A stretch of DNA of 64,000 nt. It comes from Flavobacteriales bacterium (GTDB lineage: Bacteria; Bacteroidota; Bacteroidia; Flavobacteriales; BACL11). The number at the start of each line of letters is the position of its first letter. The stretch's first letter is position 1. The notes under the pieces were generated by a model. It had not been told where the DNA came from. It ran no database searches and saw only the letters and a list, made by a program, of their open reading frames with translations. The stretch lies in contig PAUF01000007.1 in NCBI GenBank assembly GCA_002712715.1, positions 514,134 through 578,133 on the forward strand, written 5' to 3'. This document shows positions 58,267 through 64,000 of the stretch, in pieces. A program made the position numbers and the translations under genes.

Positions 58267-59199
58267 ATGATGAAAAATACATTTTCTTTAATTGCTGTAT
58301 TTAGTATAACAATACTTATAATATTCCCTAAATGTGATATTGTTGAATCTCCATATATGACAAGTAATAACAATACAATTAACGATACTAATTCTTTCAT
58401 AAAGAAAGTCCTTATTGAAGATTTTACAGGTCATCGATGTCAAAACTGCCCTGAGGCAGCTGAAGAGATAAAATCTCTCCAATCATTTTATGAAGGACAA
58501 ATTATTGCTTTAGCAATACATCCTAATACTACATTCTCGATTCCAAGCCCAATTGGTTCATCTTCATATACATATGATTTTAGAACAGAATGGGGAAATG
58601 AAATAGATAATATTTTCAACATTTCTATGGATGGATTACCTGCGGGAATGGTAAGTAGGAGTGGATTTAATACTGAACACCGATTAGGGAAGGATGAATG
58701 GTCTAATATTGTTCTACAGGAATTATCTAAGGATCCATACTTTGGTATAACACTAAATTCAAACTATTCAAACAATATCGCAAATATCTCTATAGAAATT
58801 GAATCACTATCAAATCTTTCTGATGAGTATAATGTTGTAGTTTGCCTTGCTGAGAATAACATTGTCAACTGGCAAAAAAATACTAATACTGATTTAGAAG
58901 ATTATCAACATAACCATGTGCTTAGATCAATTATTAATTCAACATTAGGAGAAAGTATTGGCAGTAGCTTTCAAATTGGTCAAAAGTGGAATAAAGACTA
59001 TATAATAAACATTAATGATTTAGAATTATACAATAATAATTATTCAATAAATAATTTACTTGCAGGAAATGGAAATTGCGGTGGATGGATAGCTGAAAAT
59101 ATGGAAATCATCGTATATGTGTATAATACTTCTAACTACGCGATTGAACAAGTAGAATCTATTCCTCTAATAACAGAAACTATTCTCCCTAATAAATAA
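58267..59199 (+). CDS. Omp28-like CxxC protein, probable lipoprotein
   Basis: The N-terminus is ...ILIIFPKCD. The block EDFTGHRCQNCPEA is paralogous to the N-domain of the 54140 ORF. Confidence 0.6.
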   Translation: MMKNTFSLIAVFSITILIIFPKCDIVESPYMTSNNNTINDTNSFIKKVLIEDFTGHRCQNCPEAAEEIKSLQSFYEGQIIALAIHPNTTFSIPSPIGSSSYTYDFRTEWGNEIDNIFNISMDGLPAGMVSRSGFNTEHRLGKDEWSNIVLQELSKDPYFGITLNSNYSNNIANISIEIESLSNLSDEYNVVVCLAENNIVNWQKNTNTDLEDYQHNHVLRSIINSTLGESIGSSFQIGQKWNKDYIININDLELYNNNYSINNLLAGNGNCGGWIAENMEIIVYVYNTSNYAIEQVESIPLITETILPNK

Positions 59200-59206
59200 T
59201 TATATA

Positions 59207-60160
59207 ATGAAAAAAATAATTTTAATTCCATTATTGATTTTTTGTAATTACAGTATTGCACAAACCAATAGCGCTTCAGTAAATGAAATAGATGCAAGTA
59301 ATTTTCTTGAAGCGTACTTTTCTCCTTTAACCAAAAGTTTAGAATCCGGACTAACTAGTGGTTGGTACAATACGGGAAAACCTCATAAATTAGGTGGCTT
59401 CGACATTACTGCAACTATTAATACAATTTCAGTTCCTAATGAACAATTAACTTTTGATCCAAATAGTATACCAAATTTTAATTCAAATAGTAGTGCGACC
59501 TCAACAATTATTGGATCTGGTAATAGTACTGATATTCAATATCAAGGCAATACTTTTTCTATGCCTTCTCAAACATCCTCGATTAATAAAATGTATATTC
59601 CAATGATGAATGCAAGTATTGGGTTAGCTAAAAAAACTGATTTTGGATTCAGATATATACCAGAATATACAAATAAGTTTGGTAATTCATTTAAAGGGTC
59701 AATTTCTTTATGGGGAGCTAGCATAAAACACGATCTATTGCAATGGATTCCTTTCGGAAACAGCGTCCCAGCTGATTTGTCTTTTCATATAGGACATACA
59801 TCATTAAAGACTAACTTTGATGTTAATATTTCTGATGTCAAACAAGTGGTTGATTTGAATATTCGATCTACATCACTTAGCTTAATTGCATCAAAGAAAT
59901 TTCTAATGATTACTGCTTATGGATCACTGGGATACAATACTTCATCTACAATTTTCAATAGTACTACATCGTTTCAAGTTGGAACAGGATCAAATACATT
60001 AGACTTTAATGTGCCGTTGGATATTGATTTCGCGAAAAATAATTACCTAAAAGGAAATTTAGGAATACGTGCAAAACTAGCTTTTTTCACTCTTCATTTT
60101 GAAAGAACCTTTGCTAACTACCCGATATCAACTTTAGGAATAGGTTTTAGTTTTAGATAA
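59207..60160 (+). CDS. Hypothetical outer-membrane protein
   Basis: It has a signal peptide ending SIAQ and a beta-rich sequence. Confidence 0.5.
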   Translation: MKKIILIPLLIFCNYSIAQTNSASVNEIDASNFLEAYFSPLTKSLESGLTSGWYNTGKPHKLGGFDITATINTISVPNEQLTFDPNSIPNFNSNSSATSTIIGSGNSTDIQYQGNTFSMPSQTSSINKMYIPMMNASIGLAKKTDFGFRYIPEYTNKFGNSFKGSISLWGASIKHDLLQWIPFGNSVPADLSFHIGHTSLKTNFDVNISDVKQVVDLNIRSTSLSLIASKKFLMITAYGSLGYNTSSTIFNSTTSFQVGTGSNTLDFNVPLDIDFAKNNYLKGNLGIRAKLAFFTLHFERTFANYPISTLGIGFSFR

Positions 60161-60161
60161 G

Positions 60162-60758
60162 ATGAAACAATACTGCTCTATATTTCTTGTACTATTTTGC
60201 ATTTCATCTTTTTCCCAAAGCTTTAATGGAGGTTTAATTTCAGGAATTGCAACATCGCAGGTGTCTGGCGATAATTTAGGTGGATACAATAAAGCTGGAT
60301 TTTTATTTGGCATATACACACAATATCCTTTATCTGAAATTAGCAATTTACAATTAGAAATTAATTATATTGAAAAGGGAAGTAACAATCCCAAAATGAT
60401 TGAAAACAATATCCCTGACATTAGCTTATCATACATTGAAATTCCATTAATTTTCAATTACAATCAAAATGAAAAAATGAATTTTGAATTTGGGATTCAA
60501 TCTGCTCTATTAATATCCTCAAGCGACAATGACATTATTGGCCCTATTAACCCAATTAATTCAATTGAATTCAAAAAATATGACACTGGTCTTCTCTTAG
60601 GGATGAGTTATCTTCTTAATCAAAAAATTGCATTAAACACGCGGATTAGCAATTCTATTTTACCAATGAGAAAGCACGCTGAAGGAAATACATACCTCTT
60701 TAACAAAGGACAGTACAATACTGTTCTAAGTTTTTCACTAAAATTTATAATTATATGA
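60162..60758 (+). CDS. Small outer-membrane beta-barrel (porin/PorT-like family)
   Basis: It has a signal peptide and is about 198 aa long with 8-strand-barrel-like periodicity. Confidence 0.5.
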   Translation: MKQYCSIFLVLFCISSFSQSFNGGLISGIATSQVSGDNLGGYNKAGFLFGIYTQYPLSEISNLQLEINYIEKGSNNPKMIENNIPDISLSYIEIPLIFNYNQNEKMNFEFGIQSALLISSSDNDIIGPINPINSIEFKKYDTGLLLGMSYLLNQKIALNTRISNSILPMRKHAEGNTYLFNKGQYNTVLSFSLKFIII

Positions 60759-61327
60759 AAAATAAACATAAAATAGTACTAGGGATAACGGGAGCTAGTG
60801 GATCAATCTATGCAAAAGTTCTACTAGATAAACTAATTAATTTAAATGATCAAATAGAAGAAGTTGGAATTATTATGTCTGAAAACGCAAAATTTGTTTG
60901 GAGGACAGAGCTTAATAATTCAGAATTTGAAAAAGTACCATTCAAATTCTACAATAAAGATGACTTCAAGGCTCCATTTGCAAGTGGCTCTGCGAATTAT
61001 AATACAATGATTATCTGTCCTTGTTCTATGGGAACTCTTGGAAGAATTTCCACTGGGATTTCTAATGATCTAATTACTAGATCAGCTGATGTTATTTTAA
61101 AAGAAAGACGACAGCTTATTTTAGTAACAAGAGAAACTCCACTAAGCCTAATTCATATTAACAATATGAAAAAAATAACCGAATCAGGAGGAATTATTTG
61201 TCCAGCTTCTCCCTCTTTTTATAGTAATCCTAATACATTTAATCAATTAGCTGCTACGGTAATAGATAGGGTAATTAATCTTTCTGGCTTAACAAATAAT
61301 TCATATAGTTGGGGAGAAACACAATAA
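60755..61327 (+). CDS. ubiX: Flavin prenyltransferase UbiX
   Basis: It has the blocks ITGASGSIYA and CPCSMGTLGRISTG and is about 190 aa long. Confidence 0.88.
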   Translation: MKNKHKIVLGITGASGSIYAKVLLDKLINLNDQIEEVGIIMSENAKFVWRTELNNSEFEKVPFKFYNKDDFKAPFASGSANYNTMIICPCSMGTLGRISTGISNDLITRSADVILKERRQLILVTRETPLSLIHINNMKKITESGGIICPASPSFYSNPNTFNQLAATVIDRVINLSGLTNNSYSWGETQ

Positions 61328-61369
61328 AATAAAAAATTGATAGTTCTTCTAATATAAATTTACAATTAT

Positions 61370-61555
61370 ATGTTAGAATTCAGTAAAAAAGTACTCTCAA
61401 AAGTTAGTTTCGATAAAATACTTTTTCAAAAAGAATTAGAAAAAAGTGTGAGATGGGTAAAAAAGAGAGAGATAAATCATCTAAAAGTATGGGCCTTAAC
61501 ATCTTTTTCTCAATATAAAAGCCTAATTATTGAAGTATTTGATGGGATAAACTAA
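61370..61555 (+). CDS. Hypothetical small protein (may be spurious)
   Basis: This 61-aa ORF lies in the only gap between ubiX and ruvB and has no recognisable motif. Confidence 0.25.
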   Translation: MLEFSKKVLSKVSFDKILFQKELEKSVRWVKKREINHLKVWALTSFSQYKSLIIEVFDGIN

Positions 61556-62574
61556 AATAAAGTGCTCTGATCATTAGATTTTGTAATTCCCAAATGACTA
61601 AAAGCCTTATCAGTAGCTTGTCTGCCTCGCGGCGTACGCATAAGATATCCTTCCTGTATTAAATAAGGCTCATAAACTTCTTCAATGGTACCTGCTTGCT
61701 CTCCTACAACTGTAGCTATTGTATTTATACCTACAGGCCCACCTTTATATTTTTCTATAATAGCTGATAAAATTCTATTATCCATATCATCAAGTCCATT
61801 TTCATCAACATTTAAAGAGTTTAATGAGTATTTCGTAATTTCTTTATCAATATTACCATCTCCTTTTACTTGAGCAAAGTCTCGTACCCTTCTTAGCAAC
61901 GAATTAGAAATTCTAGGAGTGCCCCTACTTCTGCCAGCTATTTCTAAAGAAGCCTCTTGACTAATATTAACTTCTAGGATTGCAGAAGATCTATTTACTA
62001 TTTCAGATAATAATGATTTATTATAGTATTCTAAACGTGAATTAATTCCAAAACGAGCTCTTAAAGGCGCTGTTAATAAACCTGATCTTGTAGTAGCTCC
62101 TACTAAAGTAAAAGGATTAATTTTTATTTGAACAGAGCGCGCATTAGGTCCTGAATCAATCATAATGTCAATCTGATAATCTTCCATAGCTGAATACAAA
62201 TACTCTTCTATTATTGGATTAAGTCTATGAATCTCATCAATAAACAAGACATCATTATCATCTAAATTTGTCAATAAACCGGCTAAGTCTGCTGGTTTAT
62301 CTAAAACTGGACCTGAGGTAGTAATTATATTTACCTCTAACTCATTTGCAACAATATTTGCTAAAGTAGTTTTGCCTAAACCTGGTGGTCCATGAAGTAA
62401 GACATGGTCTAAAGCATCTCCTCTTTCTTTTGCGGCTTGAATAAAAACCTTTAAATTTTCTACTATCTGATCCTGTCCTTTGAAGTCAATAAAGCCTTTT
62501 GGTCTTAATACTTGATCAAAATCTTCTGATTCAAAACTACTATCTAAATCATTCTTTAAATCATCATCATTCAT
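61552..62574 (-). CDS. ruvB: Holliday junction DNA helicase RuvB
   Basis: It has the Walker A motif [11 protein letters not shown] and the Walker B motif LFIDEIH, with an AAA+ layout. Confidence 0.93.
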   Translation of the reverse strand: MNDDDLKNDLDSSFESEDFDQVLRPKGFIDFKGQDQIVENLKVFIQAAKERGDALDHVLLHGPPGLGKTTLANIVANELEVNIITTSGPVLDKPADLAGLLTNLDDNDVLFIDEIHRLNPIIEEYLYSAMEDYQIDIMIDSGPNARSVQIKINPFTLVGATTRSGLLTAPLRARFGINSRLEYYNKSLLSEIVNRSSAILEVNISQEASLEIAGRSRGTPRISNSLLRRVRDFAQVKGDGNIDKEITKYSLNSLNVDENGLDDMDNRILSAIIEKYKGGPVGINTIATVVGEQAGTIEEVYEPYLIQEGYLMRTPRGRQATDKAFSHLGITKSNDQSTLF

Positions 62575-62578
62575 ATAA

Positions 62579-62586
62579 CAAATGTA
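62579..62586 (-). promoter_or_regulatory. -7 promoter box (TACATTTG on the minus strand), 5 nt from the ruvB ATG (leaderless candidate)
   Basis: The plus strand reads CAAATGTA at 62579-62586. The ruvB ATG is at 62574. Confidence 0.4.
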
Positions 62587-62642
62587 GGAAGAAATTTAAA
62601 AACAAATGAGACAATAAACTACTAAGTTAGAATGAAAATCTA

Positions 62643-64000
62643 TTAATGAGAATCCTCATGAGGGTAAGAATGCAGATTTTTACTCTCATCTAAATATGGA
62701 TGATTTTTTGTTTCTAATGGTACTTTACTTAATGATTGGAAAACAATATAAATAAAAGCTCCAACAAAACCTAAACCAGTAGCTATTTCAGTCCAACCAA
62801 TATTACCATGTGTATTAAGAGAACCAGGGGCTACTAATAAATATGAATTAAGCCAATGGCCAATTAAAATAACAATACTAACAAAAATTAATCTTTTATG
62901 ATTTGTCTTAGAAGGAGCGCTCATTAATAAAATTAATGGCAATATGAAGCTAATTAACATGCTAAACCAAAATAAAAATCTATAATTGTCAACCTCTAAT
63001 CTAGCTGTATAATACGCGACTTCCTCAGGTATATTTGAATACCAAATTAACATATATTGACAAAACCAAGTATAAGTCCAAACTAAAGAAAATGCAAAAA
63101 CCCATTTTCCTAAATCATGAATATGACTATTGTTGACATATTTTAAATAGCCTTGGCTTTTTAAATATAATGTAATCAATAAAATAGTAGTAAACCCGAT
63201 CGCAGCCCATTCCGCAAATATAAACCATCCAAAAATTGTACTGAACCAATGTGAGTCAATAGACATAATCCAATCCCAAGAAGCAACGGAAGATGTTACA
63301 GCAAAGAAAACAATAAACCACGCTGATGTTTTAATACTTTTATTATAATAATTGATTCCTCCATTTAAATCTTCAGTTAAAGATAAAGATTTAAGTTTGC
63401 GAGCAAAATAAATCCAACCTACAACATATATCAGGGATCTTATTAAAAAGAAAGTAACGTCTAAAAATGCGGATTTTCCATCAATAATTTTATCATAAGG
63501 CTTATATACTCCTATACTATATGTTTGATCTATTACTCCTTCCGCCATCCAATGATAAATGTGATGCCAATGCAAAGCTCCAGCTACAGCGATTACAAGC
63601 ATCATTATTCCCGTATATGGAAGGAATGAAAGAACAGCCTCGGGAATTCTCTTAATAACAATTGACCATGCCGCCTCAGAGACATATTGTAATGCAATGA
63701 AGAAAACAGCAAAAATTGATATTCCTAAAAAGAAATAATTATTAAACAACAAAGATGTCCAAGGCTTTGATAATTTTGTATGATAAAATTTTCTTAACTT
63801 TTTCTCAAGTTCATATAAAGAGCTAATTGATTTTATTTCTTTGTTTTTTAAATGAAAATGCATACTCGACTCTGCTGTATCAATAATGGCATTTAAAATA
63901 GATGTATCTAACTTTAACTTTGAAGCCGCCATATATCTTAAATCTGTACGACCAGCTTGCTTTGAAAAAATATCCGCTGTATCCTTAGCTGGGTATATAC
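62643..64000 (-). CDS. Polytopic membrane protein resembling the alternative complex III quinol:cytochrome c oxidoreductase subunit ActF. Possibly 5'-truncated by the window edge.
   Basis: It has multiple TM helices, and the block HIYHWM...KIIDGKSAFLDVTFFLIRSLIYVVGWIYF is reminiscent of ActF. The first ATG is at 63932, but the frame has no stop through 64000. Confidence 0.5.
   Translation of the reverse strand, partial: IYPAKDTADIFSKQAGRTDLRYMAASKLKLDTSILNAIIDTAESSMHFHLKNKEIKSISSLYELEKKLRKFYHTKLSKPWTSLLFNNYFFLGISIFAVFFIALQYVSEAAWSIVIKRIPEAVLSFLPYTGIMMLVIAVAGALHWHHIYHWMAEGVIDQTYSIGVYKPYDKIIDGKSAFLDVTFFLIRSLIYVVGWIYFARKLKSLSLTEDLNGGINYYNKSIKTSAWFIVFFAVTSSVASWDWIMSIDSHWFSTIFGWFIFAEWAAIGFTTILLITLYLKSQGYLKYVNNSHIHDLGKWVFAFSLVWTYTWFCQYMLIWYSNIPEEVAYYTARLEVDNYRFLFWFSMLISFILPLILLMSAPSKTNHKRLIFVSIVILIGHWLNSYLLVAPGSLNTHGNIGWTEIATGLGFVGAFIYIVFQSLSKVPLETKNHPYLDESKNLHSYPHEDSH

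Noticed and set aside
1-64000. Searched for defence systems (restriction-modification (RM), toxin-antitoxin (TA), CBASS, Abi, retron-like), prophage genes, transposases, and tRNA/rRNA/riboswitch-like structures
   Set aside because: No ORF showed the relevant motifs, such as nuclease plus ATPase pairs, methyltransferase motifs, reverse transcriptase or integrase. Apart from 7241-7948, the intergenic gaps are too short (under 165 bp) and too AT-rich for structured RNAs.

Overview
This is an AT-rich chromosomal segment that looks like a marine Flavobacteriia (Bacteroidota) genome. Supporting evidence: the type IX secretion (T9SS) translocon gene sprA, at least four proteins with T9SS C-terminal sorting domains, TAnnTTTG '-7' promoter boxes, no Shine-Dalgarno sequences, and many OM beta-barrels ending in Phe. 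I saw no rRNA, tRNA, CRISPR, transposase or integrase, and no recognisable defence system. Main blocks, in order:

- **1-7240:** a seven-gene kynurenine-pathway operon (KMO, kynureninase, formamidase-like, 3-HAA dioxygenase, ACMSD, aldehyde dehydrogenase, RidA).
- **7241-7948:** a 708-bp non-coding island filled with helically phased T-tract+ACAC(A/G) repeats that match the relaxed DnaA-box consensus.
- **8-17 kb:** housekeeping genes (gpmI, an M20 peptidase, tyrS, pyrC). Two odd small exported proteins sit among them: a membrane-anchored (DGGDT)x7 repeat protein and a Cys/His-rich lipoprotein.
- **17.4-23.3 kb:** a three-gene locus of a lamin-tail-domain T9SS protein, a TonB-dependent receptor and an OB-fold plus double-HKD phospholipase-D-type T9SS protein. 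It may scavenge extracellular DNA.
- **25.8-44.3 kb:** an 18-gene co-directional Wzx/Wzy surface-polysaccharide locus, and the most interesting candidate system. It carries four PAPS-type sulfotransferases and its own PAPS module (cysC, cysQ). It also has gmhA-gmhB-gmd (heptose or 6-deoxyheptose), a secreted GH-A-like hydrolase, and an unexplained DeoC-like aldolase plus small HxGH nucleotidyltransferase. I read it as machinery for a heavily sulfated heptose-containing glycan.
- **44.4-53.2 kb:** tonB-gcvH-sprA-ruvA.
- **53.3-60.8 kb:** an uncharacterised envelope cluster of two CxxC 'Omp28-like' proteins, a TlpA-type thioredoxin and three predicted OM barrels.
- **60.8-64 kb:** ubiX, ruvB and an ACIII ActF-like membrane protein that runs off the window.

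All functional calls come from reading motifs by eye and from gene context. No database search was run.
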